The notes below the pieces were generated by a model. The model made no database searches. It saw only the letters and a program-made list of their open reading frames with translations, and was not told the DNA's origin. From Camelus dromedarius (lineage: Eukaryota): a stretch of DNA of 64,000 nucleotides. Below are positions 13,701-27,082 of this stretch, piece by piece (the stretch's first letter is position 1; every line of letters begins with the position of its first letter). The position numbers and the translations under genes are program-made. The stretch is taken from positions 35,900,001 through 35,964,000 of the forward strand of contig NC_087436.1 of NCBI RefSeq assembly GCF_036321535.1, in the 5' to 3' direction.

Positions 13701-14182
13701 GTAGAAGTTGGTTTGAAAAAGCCTCACAGGTATACCTGGATGGTCCCTTGTCCCCATCCCAGTGATGAATCAAATCACTCTAACTGCTCTTGTCTTACGT
13801 TTTTTCATCTGTAAAAGGAACACTTTGTTTCTCTGTCTTGCCTACTTCATAAGTTTGCTATAAGAATTGCTCTATCACCTCGTAACTCTGTGGTCAAATC
13901 TAAGATGATATTTGTTTTCGAAGATTCAGATGATGACTGACATGGTCTTCTAAAAAATTTAGATACTCAACACCTCATAAGCAGATACCACATAATGAGC
14001 AGATAACGCGGATACCGTAATTTTCAAGTGCAAAAACAACACATAAAATTAAGAATTGTGTCAATGACTTTCTGAAGTTAAACCTGGAAAATAAACAGTT
14101 TATAGAAAGCTGGTCAATACTATAGTGATTACACAGTGACTCATAGATTGGAGTACAAATGTAGCAACATCCCCCTCACTGT

Positions 14183-14363
14183 CCAGAGGATCTCAATTAC
14201 CTGACAGTTCCTGGATAGCTTTAGGGAAGGGAGTACCTGTAAACTTTTGAAGCTGTAGGCCAAATTTTATATGCAAAAACTTTGTATGCACATTTCTCAG
14301 GAGAGGATATCTATCAGATTCCCAAAAGAATCTGCCCCCTCAAAAGAGATTAGGGCAATCACT
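14183..14363. mobile_element. Probable hAT-Charlie MITE remnant
   Basis: ttctcaggagagg...atcagattcccaaaagaatctg...aaaagagattagggcaatcact resembles a Charlie-family end. Confidence 0.4.
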
Positions 14364-15026
14364 TACCCCTGAGTATCCATGTTCTATGACATGGGTCTTA
14401 TCAACCCATTATGGAACTTGTTATGGAGAGAAAAATGTCCACTGTGAGTTATTTCCAAATGTTGCTGCTCTAGTTTAAAGTAAGCCCACTTAAGAAATAA
14501 ATCTATTGGCTTTCCTTTATTTCTGATGTTTTCTAAGCAGATTCAGTAAACAATAAATAATAATTTCCTCACTTCTATGAAGGTATGATACTTATAATAA
14601 AACTTTTTTAAATGTCAGAAAGCTCCACCAGTTGTATCACCATTAAATATGAGCAGAAAAGGAGTTTGGTTATCCTACTGAAGTGTGTTTTTGTGGTTCC
14701 AAGACACTGAGAACAGCTGAATTTTCTTATTTACATGGTCAAGTTCAAATAGGAGTACTGAAAAGAACCAACTAATTTCACATCTCTCAGATATCTCACT
14801 ATTCCGTCACATCAAGTCATCAATATACCCAGAATAACCTGGATTCCACACTGCATTTACCCTATCTTTAGCAAAGAACCACTCACTAGTTATGGTCTTT
14901 CCAAGCTCTCTGGAGCTATAAAAAGAAGTCTGATTTAGTTCCTTAGCACATGTTCATCTCCAAGGAGTACAGGGTAGACAATTGAGAATGACAGCTAGAT
15001 CAGTTTGGAAGACAGTGGCTCCTAGG

Positions 15027-15280
15027 ACTGTTGTCTTCAAACTTTTTTGATCATTCATTCATATTATTAAAATTAGTTTGAGCACTTTCTCCCAGTATTC
15101 CTGTATTTATTCAGAAAAGTATATACATGCATCCCTGTATTAACATACTGTGTATACTATATAACACACATAAATGTACATTTTAAAAAATAATGCTACA
15201 TAAAATAATCATGAATATAAGTTTCTAATATTTTCTTCTCTCATCTTATTGGTGTGTCTGTGCATCTTTAGAGATCTCCT
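15027..15280 (+). mobile_element. hAT-Charlie element, MER113-like
   Basis: gtcttcaaacttttttgatca...tttgagcac...tatttatt...tatatacatg matches the recalled MER113 5' part. Confidence 0.55.
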
Positions 15281-15674
15281 AAGCAAGAGGCAGCATACAT
15301 TAAGGCTTATGGCTCTGTCTCTGTATGACAGTCTCACTCTTGAGTTCATACTCAACTACTACACCAAAATACACCATACTGAATACTCACAGTCAAAAGT
15401 AATGCAAAGATTACAGTGTAAACAGAAGCCAGATTCCTTGCTTTGTCAGTTATAAGGGAGGGCAAGAATAATTTGTATCTAAAGCAAAAAATATTTTTTC
15501 TTAGTTTGACTTTATGATAATTAGAAAGTCATAGGGTATCAGTACCATAAAGACTTCATTCATTTCTAAACTCCTACATTTGGTGAGAAGACTTAGGTCC
15601 AGAGAGTTTAAATTAATGTCAAGAATCACACAAGATTAAATGGTAGACTTAGAAGTAGCATTCCAACAATGTTT

Positions 15675-15890
15675 AGAATAATATTATTGAGCTCCTACTA
15701 TATATTCAGAACTGTGATAAGTGCTTTGCTACAGCAATTCACTTAATCCTCACAATAACACTCAGGAGGATAGTCTTATACTCAATTTATAAGACAGAAA
15801 ATGGTGGCTGGAAGAGGTTAAGTAATCGCCAAAGGTCCGAGGAACATTAAGCAGTAAAGCTGGAATTTGAACTAAGGTTTAATTCTACAC
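15675..15890 (-). mobile_element. MIR SINE
   Basis: tattgagctcctactata...cacttaatcctcacaataac...agaggttaagtaatcgccaaaggtc...gctggaatttgaactaagg. Confidence 0.85.
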
Positions 15891-16348
15891 CCTTAGAGCA
15901 TAGTAACTAAACTATATTCTATTATTCCATACTGCTATCCCAAGACAAATTTCTAGGCAATTAAAATTATTATTAAGGTTTAGATACAATTGGGGGGAAA
16001 AACTGTAAACCAAGACAAATGGGCCTCTGTTACTGGATTAGGCTAAAATTTTCCTCTTTCTTTTGTAAGAAGTGCTAAGCAATAGGAATGTAAGTTATGT
16101 GTGTGTATTTCCTCCTGTTTAAGGTAGGAGCTTAGTAAAAGAACACCTTTAGAAAAGATAACAATTCTATGTAATGAAATATAGAACCAGATTCTCCTGG
16201 CAATTAATCACCCAGTGCAAACCTATAGGCTGTTTCTGACAGATCCAAGAGCTCTGCCTGAATTGATGGATAAGATGTGCCTGGGCTGGCTTATGAAAAG
16301 AAATTTAATGTTTAAAGCCTTTGAAAGTAGTTTATATATTTACATATA

Positions 16349-17558
16349 CATGCATATCTTGGAGACAGTGCATGTTTGGTTCCAAACCATTGCAATGAAG
16401 TGAATATTGCAATAAAGCGAGTCACACAGACTTTTTGGTTGCCTAGCACATACAAAATACACTCTACTGTAGTCTCTTAAGTGTATAATAGCATTATGTC
16501 TAAAAATACCATATGATATCACTTACATGTGGAATCTAAAAAAAAAAAAAGCCAAACGAACTTATTTACAAAACAGAAACAGACTCACAGACACAGAAAA
16601 CAAACTTATGGTTACCAGAGGGGGAGAGGGGTGGGAAGGGATAAATTGGGAGTTAGAGATTTACAGATACTAACTAATACATAAAAAAATAGATAAACAA
16701 CAAACTTATACTGTATAGCACAGTAAACTATATTCAATATCTTATAGTAACTTATGGTGAAAGAGAATATGAAAGCAAATATATGTATGTTCCTATATGA
16801 CTGAAGTACTGTGCTGTACACCAGAAACTGACACAACACTGTAAAGTGACAATACTTCAGAAAAATTTATATTTAAAAAATCACTGTAAGTGAGAAAAGA
16901 AAAGCAATGTGCATACTTTCATTTAAAAATACTTCATTGCTAAAAAAGGCTAACCATCATATAAGCCTTCAGCAAGTCATAATCAATTTGCTGGTGGAGG
17001 GTTTTGCCTTGATACTGATGACTGCTGACTGAACAGGGTGGTTGCTGAAGGCTGGGGTGGCAGTGGCAATTTCTTAAAATAAGACGAAGTTTGCCAACAT
17101 TGATTGATTCTTCCTTTCACTGGAACACTTAGAGGCCACTGTACGGTTATTAACTGGTGCAATTTCAATACTGTATCCCAGGCAATAGGAAAGTCTGAAG
17201 AGAGGAAAAGAGATAGGAGAAAGGCCAGCAGTCAGAACGTAGACAACGTTTATCCATTAAGTTCGTTGTCTTATATGGGTGTAGTTCGTGGCGCCCCAAA
17301 ACAGTTATAATAGTAACATCAAAAATCACTGACCACAGTGATATATATAACGCTATATTATAACAAATATAATAATGAAAAAGTTGAAAATATTAGAAGA
17401 ATTACCAAAATGTAACGGAGAAACATCAAGTGAGCAAATGCAGTTGGGAAAATGGTACTGACAGATTTGCAGAGTTGTCACAAACCTTCAAATTTGTGAA
17501 AAATACTATATCTGCAAAGCACAAAAAAAGCAAAGCATAATAAAATGAGGTATGCGTG
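16349..17558 (-). mobile_element. Internally deleted Tigger1-family DNA transposon (about 0.8 kb net) with a nested L1
   Basis: TIR-like ends catgcatatcttggag and aaaatgaggtatgcgtg, both flanked by TA. Interior gcaataaagcgagtcacac and ggcgccccaaaacagttataatagtaacatcaaa. No transposase ORF. Confidence 0.9.
16502..16880 (+). mobile_element. LINE-1 3'UTR fragment inserted in Tigger1
   Basis: aaaataccatatgatatcacttacatgtggaatctaaaa...gctgtacaccagaaactgacacaac, same family as the 3' ends at 44930-45290 and 50690-51012. Confidence 0.93.
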
Positions 17559-18559
17559 TACAATGTGTGTTGATGTATATGTATTTGGCTTCTATGTATG
17601 AAATTACAGAACTCATTTTATTGCTCAAAAATGTAGAGAAATTAAAGAGACCTTCCTTTCCAGCATCAGGGAGCTATCTATCATTTAACAGAGATACTTC
17701 CTGTTTTTAAGCAGTTGGGAAGGAATGATTTCGAACCCAAATACTTAGCTTGGCAAGTTAGTCTTATGTTGATAGATGTTTTTGTAACTACTTTTACTTC
17801 ATCTTAAATATCAATATGAAAGAGAGACAATTTGTTTTATTTCTCTCAACATTTTTTTTTTAAAGATTTGGGAGAATAGGAAAAAAAAGGAAAGGGAAAG
17901 AAAATATTATTACCGGAATAGCTAGATGACAGCGGTTAGCACAGCTCTGCCAGATGTGGCTGCATCATCTCAAAACTTACTCCGAAGGTAGGGGAGGGCA
18001 GTGATTTCTTTGTATGAAAAAAAGGGAAAAAATGGAATTCTAGGAAAGTATTACAAACTTTTAAAGAAGAGTTTGAAAGTTGCAGTTACAAGTCCACCAC
18101 ATTCTCTAACAAAACATTTAAAAAAATCTTCCACGCAGGTCATAGATTAACACTATTTCAGGCATTAAAATTAGTAGGGCTGTGGATATAAAAGTTCTCA
18201 AACAGACAATCCTGCTTTAATGATTTAAATAATGAACAAATTCTGTTTTTCATTACTTGATATTGCTTCTTGAGGTCAGTTCAGTATCTTCATTTGCTTT
18301 TTTTCTGTTAGTTTTGTTTTTTTGTTGTAACGAGGAAGGTTTTCTTCGGGAGTAGTACTCACCTGGTTTCAGTGTGATGGTAAGAACTGACATTTAGACT
18401 AGATGGTATGTTTTTACATACTTATCTGAGTCTATAGCAGACCAGCTAGTCTCCTGATCCAGCAGCACTCCCTCCAAACCCCACCCCATCCTACCCTGGT
18501 GGAACACAGCACTGCAATTATCCCCGCCAGGGGATAATTCTACTTCAAGTTCTACTCTA

Positions 18560-19750
18560 TTTGCTTTTTTTCCATCACAACTTAAACATACTCAGATACC
18601 TTTTACCTACTAAAAACCCTTGTTCAACACCTCATCTTGTTTTAGCTACTGTCCAAACTCTTCCCCATACACAGCTTAAGGGTTAGCTCTAGCTGTCTCT
18701 AGTTACTCACCTGTTATTCTTTTCTCAGTTGACTTCACTCTGTTCTCATCACACACCACTAAAATAACTCAGAAGATCATCAATGATTTTTAGATAGTTA
18801 AATTAAAAAAATTTTTTTTTTCTGCCTGTATCTTGCCTAAATTTCCAGCAGGGTTTAAAAAGCTCAATTATCCTCTGTTCTTAAACACTTCTCTTTTGGC
18901 TTCTGACACTCTACATTATACTCATTTCTCTGAATGTTCCTACTCAGCCACGCTTGCTGGCTGCTTCCTCTCTCTCTACCTAAACTTAAAGATTGAAGTT
19001 CCTCAGAGCGTACACTTAAACTTCTTCTCTTCCTTCTCTTCTTTCCCATTCATTCCTTTGACTTCAATTATCATCTACAAGAAATGATTCCCCACATCCC
19101 ACATTTCTCCTCTGAGCTCCAGACCCATGTGTCAAACTTTCTATTTGACGTCTCGATCTTGGATGTCACACAGGTATATCCATATAAACATACCCAACAT
19201 AATTCACAATTTTCTTTTCCTTGATTCCCATTCTCAGTAAATGGCCTTTCCACCAACCCAGAAACCTAGGAACTGTGTATCTTCTTATTCATTTCCCACT
19301 TTCAAAACTGCCAGATTCTGTGGATTCCAACTTTACTCCATTTTCACAGCTTGAACCAATTTCTTATGGTTATCCTTGTGTCTACTTTTGTCACATCCCT
19401 CTTCGGAAGGACTGTTCATACAGAGTGCTGGAGTGATGAAATGATTTTTTAATGCAAATGTGATGATTGCCAGCTACCCTTCAATCACATCCTTAATACC
19501 TTCCATTGTTTCCCACTGTCCTTAGAATAAAGGACATACTATGCTCTCTCCAACCTCTGTGTCTTTTCAAAAGCTGAGCCCTTTGAATAGAATGATCTTC
19601 TGTACCTCATTCTCTCCTTTTCTGGCTAAAAGCTTATTCATTCTTTAGATTCAGCTTAAAGATCAGTAACTCAGGGAAGCTCTGTGTAATCTTACAGACT
19701 AAGTTAGAGTACCTTTCCTACATGCTTTCATAGTATTTGGTATTTATTCA
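18560..19750 (+). mobile_element. L2 LINE remnant
   Basis: Pyrimidine-rich L2 ORF2/3' motifs, e.g. tctcctctgagctccagacccatgtgtcaaac and ttattcattctttagattcagcttaaa. Confidence 0.8.
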
Positions 19751-20099
19751 AAGCATTTGAATACCTATAATTAGTTTCTTAAATATTTAAAATTATTTAA
19801 TAGAAATAATAGAAGTATTTATTAGAAATGTCAGATACCCAAACTCTGCTGATTCTTGTAATATACATTGTTTCATTTAATCCTTAGAACAACCCTGAGA
19901 GGTAGCTAGAATTACCACATTTCTCTTCTTGCTAGACTATAAGCTCCATGAGTATGAGGAATCATATTTGTATTGTTTACTATTCCATTCTAATATCCAG
20001 CCAGGATATTAGAGGGTTTTTGTTGTTTTTTTTTTTTTTAAAAACATTCTCCAACTGTAATTACACATGGTATGGACAGAGTATGAGAGTTGGGATTTA

Positions 20100-20135
20100 T
20101 TTAGAACTTTTTCTAAATTTAGAACTTTTTCTAAA
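20100..20135. repeat. Perfect 18-bp tandem duplication (TTTAGAACTTTTTCTAAA)x2, followed by an imperfect CA tract
   Basis: Read directly; units at 20100-20117 and 20118-20135. Confidence 0.95.
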
Positions 20136-20391
20136 ACACGTACACACACACACACACAAACACACACACACCACATTCTCTACTCCTAAAGCCAGTGCCA
20201 TCTGGATCCAGTCCACCTTTTCCACCCTAGTAACACTGATGTGCTTTTCCTCAGACAGCCAGGAATATCTTAAGCGCTCAATAAATACTTGTTGACCGAC
20301 TGCAATTTTCAAACATACAAAAGCACAACAAATAGCCTCCAATCATCTTACCTAGTAAATCAGGTTATATAAATGTTCTATTTCATATGGT

Positions 20392-20630
20392 TTATAGTGA
20401 AAAAAGTAGTTTTAAGTCAATCATACCTGGTTTCAAATCCTTAATTTTTCATTTGCTAAGTGTGTAACATTTATTAGACAAGTCATTTGGATTCTCTGAG
20501 CCTCAACTTCTGCATTTCTAAGATGTGGTAATTTTACTACCCCTCAGGGTTGTTCTGAGGATTACATGAGATAATGTATATTAAACCTAACACAGTTTCT
20601 GGTATATAATATGTACTAAATAAATGAAGG
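20392..20630 (+). mobile_element. MIR SINE
   Basis: acctggtttcaaatcc...tctctgagcctcaacttc...agggttgttctgaggattacatgagataatgta. Confidence 0.85.
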
Positions 20631-20744
20631 TTATCCTTATTCAGAAATATTTGGCTTTGTGTGTTCATTTGTTCAGTACTTTGTCATTCCATTGTGTTCT
20701 GCTTTGCATGGTGTCTGTAAGTTATCAGCAGGATTATTACCTTG

Positions 20745-21250
20745 TTAATCTGTTATGTAATATTTCTTTTTTCTCCAGCTGCTTTTAAGACTCTTTATCA
20801 TTAGTTTACACAATTTAATCATGCTGTGCCTTGTGTAGTTTTCTTTATATATATCCTACTTGGGGTTTAAAAATTTCTGCTCCAATCCCTCTCATTTCTT
20901 TTTAAGTACTCTGTTACATGATACCATCCCACAGGTTACTGAAGGTCTATTCTTTCCATGCTCCCGACCCCACCTTTTTTTTTTTTAAACTATGCTTCAG
21001 TTTGGACAGTTTTATTGCTATGTCATATCTAATCTACTGATAAGTCCAATCAGTGAATTTTTACTTTAGATATTCTATCTTCCAGCTGTAGAATTTTCAC
21101 TTAATTTATTTAATAGCCTCCAATCATCCCTTCTTAATGATGCTTTCCTTAAAATTCTTAAACACATTGATAATGGCCATTTTAAAGTTTGCTAGTTCTA
21201 TCAGCCCTATTAGCTTTGGTCTATTTTTGCTGAATGATTTTCCTTCTAAT
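20745..21250 (-). mobile_element. Old LINE-1 (ORF1-region) fragment
   Basis: gctgcttttaaga...atcatgctgtgccttgtgtagttttcttt...tatctaatctactgataagtccaatcagtgaatttt. Confidence 0.6.
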
Positions 21251-22776
21251 TATTCAGTTTTCAAAAAGATATCAGTTGAGACAGGATAAAGATGGTACTG
21301 AAAGTCTGAAGAGAGAGAAGATACGAGGTTGTAGCCCAGGAGAGTGGGAATGCAAATAGACTAGAAATACATAAAATGATGCTATCCAGAAGAAACTGAA
21401 ATTAGGGGGGAAAATATGTGGGTAATCACAGATTAAACACCTTCAAGGAGCTTCAATGAAATGTTTAGATTTTTTGAGAAGGAGGTTCTGAAATAGAAGA
21501 TTAAGCACCTGACTATTTTCATTAATATCAGGAAACTGAAAAGAGCTCAAAAGTAAATAGAAGAAAGTATGATCACTGTACGCAAATGGAATTGCCATTA
21601 CAAATCTGGATACTGATCCAAATAGAGTATCTGGGCTGACTGTTCATATTCTCATGATAAGATTTAGTTTACTGAAAGAATGTTGGCCGAGACGCTCAGA
21701 CAAAGAACTAACAGTTTCACAAAATGCTTTAGGGCCTTTAATGATTCCCTGACCCCTAATCAAACTTCTGCCTCATCTCTGCCAAAAGGATATTACTTCC
21801 AGTCTTCCTTTTACCAATCTAGGCAGCAAATAATGATCAGTTTTGGATATTAACTGAAGGTTGACTAGAAACTTCAAGAACTTTGGAAGGAAATAACTTG
21901 GAGTACAACATGAACAGTAACAAAAGCGTGGACCCACTTGGCCTTTAGTTTGAAGCAGGGTACTCTCTTGGCTCAAATCTCCTCAGTTCCCGGACCTATC
22001 TGGTCTTACACTCTCTCTCCACCCATCTCCCCACCCCATGGCCCTGTCATGAAAGAACCAACTGGAAATCCTCACTGAGAATTCTTCTTTCTTATAAATC
22101 CTCTCCCCAGCAATCTGCATACAAAAAGCAACGTTAAATAATCTATAAGGATAAGCAAGGAGGCTGTAAAAAGTAGTTTAAACAGCTCTGAAATCTGGGG
22201 GCTTGCTTTGCTCAGTATGGATCCCTAACCTTAGTCACAGCAACAACACTCAGCTGGGATTATGAGGAAAGTCCCTTGACAAAACTATAAAAATAATACT
22301 CTCAGAGATTAAAACCACGCATGGCTGTTATACCAATGGCATTATGAAATACACAGCAACTTCATACCAGAATATTAGTACTTAAGAACTTTTGTTTCCT
22401 GAAAATGACACCTTTTAGAGCAAGGAGAAACATGTGCTAAACCCAGAGTTAATGGAGAATTCAAAATTTAAAATAACAGACACACAAGAAAGTGTTATAC
22501 GTTCGAAAGAGCCATTCCTGACATAATGTTCCAACTTATTTTACCAGATCTAGAGAAGTGAAGAAAAACTGTTATTTTATTAGCTCAGGAAAAATTGTAT
22601 TTCCCACAAAAAGCAGGACACAATAGAGATTAATAAAAAGTAAGTAAAAGCTGGGTTCCACATCTGACCCAGTAACCTTTAGCTCTAAAACACGGGATAT
22701 CCACTCTGATTATACCTGCAGCATCACAGATCATCATCCATTTAAACTCTGACAGTGAAAGAGGTAAAATTCCAGG

Positions 22777-23085
22777 CCAGAGCTGTCCAGCAGACACATA
22801 GTATGAGCCATATAATTTCAAATTTTCTAGTAGCTATGCTTAGAAAAATTTTTTAAAGGTAAAATTACTTTTAATAATATATTTCATTTAATGTAACACA
22901 TCCAAAGTGTTGTCATTTAAAGGTCAATGTAAAACTTATCAAAGAAATAGCTTACTTTTTTTGATATAAAGGCTTTGAAATCTGGAGTGTATCTGACACT
23001 TGAAGCACAGCTTGGTTTGGACAAGCCCATTTCAAGTGCTCAATAGCTCCATGTGACCAGTGGCTACCAAATTGGACAGGCAGTT
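22777..23085. mobile_element. hAT-Charlie MITE, MER33-like
   Basis: cagagctgtcca...aaattttctagtagc...atttcaagtgctcaatagc...gtggctacc...ttggacag with matching terminal repeats. Confidence 0.85.
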
Positions 23086-26000
23086 CTAGGGCTTGTGGAG
23101 ACCTTCAGTGAAGAAACTACTCCCAAATACAAACTAAATTATTAGGGCACTAGATAGATTACCCTTATGAAAGCATTAACCAGTCTCATCAACTTCTTCA
23201 CATGAAAGCATTGTCCTTTTCCAATTTCTGTTTATCTTAACTGATAAACTAAAAAATGAGTAAGTTCATTTAAAAATTAACTGTTCTTAGCTGAAAAACA
23301 TTCAGCTCATTAATAACAGAAGAATCACTGCAAAAATTACTAGAAATATTATCTATGACAACAGAGGTATTCCAAGTAAAATTTTAATTTGTTGTTCAGT
23401 TATATGTTGAACTCAGTTTTAACTTGTTTAAATTTCTATTAGAGGTGCTAATTGTTAGAAAGTAAAGTAATCCTGTAAACTATTTAGATTTTGCTTGTTA
23501 AGAGAAATACGTAATGGAATTGTACTGTTTCTATGACACTGGGTCCCAAACTCCTGTCATAGACTTCTATTAGAGATTCAAGATTTCAACTCATTCAAGT
23601 TAAATAGCTCAGAGATATTTTTAAAAAGTCTCTTTATTAGAGTTTTATATTCATTTTAAGAAACAAAGCTAAGGTGTTTGTGTTAGGTAATATTTTTAGA
23701 AATATTATGTATGTATGTATCTATAAATATACACATACACCACACGTACAAGTAAAATTATATTTTAACTGCCTGAAATAGATATCATGTGTTTTTCTAC
23801 TTATATTTATTATATTTTCTATATATATTTACATATATGATATCCACAGGAATTAAAGTACAAAAATGAATTATGCAAATTAATTGTCCCACGTTTTGCA
23901 TTGACTTGTCACACTAAGTGACAATATGGGAAATGGTGGTTAATTCATTTTTGTCACAGATTTTGATGTAAGTGAAGGCCATGGCTGACTATATCCAGTC
24001 CTCTAGTATATAAATACTGAAATACAAAACTGCTCCTAATATTACTGTTCCTTCCACTTCCCACTCAATTTAGTGTAATTTCATCCTTTCATGCTAAAAC
24101 TTTGTAAACTGCTGTAGTAAAAACTATTCCCGTTCCCAAACTCCTGAAGTTGGAAGCAGAAGAAAACAGAAGACGGGCTCATGTATATGTGTGTGTAAGA
24201 AACTGTTGTTAGGCAAATTATTTGCATTAAAAGGCAAATTTAATTAATTAGCCAACCAAATAAATATTTACGAAATTGGTAATGGATTATCAGAGATAAG
24301 CAGTATCACCCTTGCCTTGAAGAAATGTACAGAATGGAGATGACAGACAGGTAAACAGTTTCAATTCAAGATGAAACTTCATAGATTTGAAAATTTTGTT
24401 CTTAAAGGCAAAATCTGTATAATTTCTCTACACAAAATAACCATAACAAAAGCTTCTCAAAACTTCGGAGTATGTACGTAGATGGGATTCACTTCAGCTC
24501 AAATAAGCAGAATTCTCTTTTTTCTTGTATCAGGTGCCTACTTTCATTACACCTGCACACAATCCAGTACAAATAGCAAATGAAGTTCTTCATTTCTCCA
24601 GTTTCATATTTTCTGTAAGATTCATTATTGTACTTGACAACTAAGTTGCTAAAGAGAACTGACATTCCTCAGGGGAAGAAATTGTAAAGGAAATCTTAAA
24701 CTAAAACTCCCAATATACTACCCTGGTCTTGCACTCCTGCTGCTCCTGCTTTTTTGAAGAGGAAATACTTTGAACAAACTTCCTCAACTACCTGCACACG
24801 TTTCAGTCCTCCTAACACACAGGACTTCAAATTTTATTATCTTGGGCAGGCAGGGGTAGTCTGATAATATCAACTCAGATGTGATCCTAAATTCCAGGGA
24901 GCTGTTGAGGACCTATGCAGCCCCAGCTGTGAGTAGTTAAGCCACTTCCTTCTCAGTGAACAATTCTGAAATGACTTTATTGTCTAACTAACTATAACTA
25001 AATGGGGAAGTGAGGAAAGAAAACAACCTGTGAGTGCTGAAGAGCCATACGCTGCACCACAGGACACCCTGCCTCACTTATTTTTAAACACCTCAGATCT
25101 GACCATACAGCACTCTTAAACAAATGTGATTATTTCTAAGAACAGCCAGGGAAAAGTGCTTACGTCCCCAGGTAAATGTTCTGGCATGGGTGGGAGGAGT
25201 GTGACACACTGTCACTCACTACATCCTCCATATTACCATTCACTTCAACTAGCCGTCTGAATTTTTTCCTTAAAATTATTTTTAACCAAGAGAATTTCTC
25301 GTCGCTATATATCTAAAAATAGAAGTGCTGAGTCCAAATGAATAAAAAGAGATGGTCTCCCTTTCCTGCAATTCACCAAGATAATGTTTAAAACATGACT
25401 GAGTTCTAAATGATGAGTTTAGTTTAAAACTAAAGACAGTCTTAAAACTGCCACATAAGTCTCGACTTTGCAAATACTCCTCTGGATCATCAGGCTGACT
25501 TCTCTCCTGGGTTCTGGCAACATCATGGTCTCCCTCCACCCCCAACCACTTCGCTGACAGCATTACTTGTGATGTGCTAAGAAAGTTGCCTATGAGAAAT
25601 CTGACCCCACCCTTTCAGAAGGCATTCATTCACCTTGGCTATTATGGAGCCAAGAGTGGCTCAGGACTCACAAATGGGAAGATGGGATGGGGATTATAAC
25701 TGACATTTATGCTGAAAGTTTATCATCACACTCCCTTTACACAGGAGGAAGTTTAGAACAAATTAAAACCCATATTGTTAGTAAACAGACACATCATACA
25801 CGTTCAGTTTATTTTTAAAATAAAAATAACTTCATTGCTTTCTGTGATATAAAAATGACCCATAGTATCGTAAACAATTTTGACGTAATACTGATTTACA
25901 TTAATTACAAAGTAAAAATTACCAAAATGATGGCTCTATTAACGTTTTGGGGAACAATTCTCAAAACCATTGTAATGTATATTGTTTCATATAAAAATTG

Positions 26001-27082
26001 TGTTATTTATATGTGTTTTATAACCTACTCTTTATTTTCCAGTAATTACAGTGCATGGATTTCTTTTAGTGTAAATACATATAATATATACCACCAATTT
26101 AATGGTTGCTTATTATTCTCTTATGTAAATGTAGCACATATGAATATTTAATCCCCAAAGCAACTCTCTAAGATAAGTAGGTACTATTAGTCTTATTTTA
26201 GAGATTCAACCTATAAAAATCTTGGAATAAACATTTTAAACTAACATCTTGAACTGTTTATTATAATCTAGGATAAATTCCTAGCAGGACAGAAGGTGAG
26301 TACTTGAAGCTTTTTTGTTATATATTAACTACCTTCTAGAAAGGTTGCACTAATTTCTGCCCCACAATCACTTTTATCTACATATGTTTTCCAAAGTATA
26401 ATATGGAGATATCTGATATTGAGAAAAAAATGTAGCCTGCCTTCTAGAAATGTCCAAGAAAAACTTGTCATAGTCAAATCTCATGACATTGTGCTGCATA
26501 TATATATATATTCTTTTGCGATCTTGGAAAATGAAATTCAGGGTCCTAAATGTCTTATATACACTTAATTACCACATTAACAATAACCTCTATTTTTTGG
26601 AAGAGCCTTTCTCCTTTATTCTTGCCCTTACTAGGAGATCATACAGTTTAAAAAAAAAAAGGAAAGAAAGAAAAGAAAACACCCAGAGTTTTCAGAGACC
26701 TCATGAAGTTCAGGAGTGAACTAAAGAACAAGCGATAATGAGAAACAAGACTGGCACGAGGGCAGATTCAGACAGAATAGCCTCCACATTAGTAGCCCCG
26801 TTGGTCCCCAAAGAGCTCCTCTGACATTAGAACACTCCTTTCATCTTGTTACACTATTTGAACATGCTACTTAGAGATTCATTCAGGCAATAAATATCCC
26901 TGGAAGGCAGAGAGAGAATGGGGATTAGGAACTTTTCTTTGGCGGGTGTTGAGGGAGGGTAGGAAAACTTGTAATATCTGGAATGTGGAAGGAGCACTTT
27001 AGGAAGAACAGTTGGGTGGGGAGTTAAAAGGTGGGAGGCACTGTGATGTAGTGGGAAAAACATGGGCTTTCCAAATAGACAG

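Noticed and set aside
23163..23248. Minus-strand AG...GT bounded segment as a coding exon
   Set aside because: Stops in all three frames and a weak donor.
25282..25563. 93-aa minus ORF (…GDHDVARTQERSQPDDPEEYLQSRD…) as a coding exon
   Set aside because: No recognisable homology and no convincing flanking splice sites; consistent with a chance ORF.
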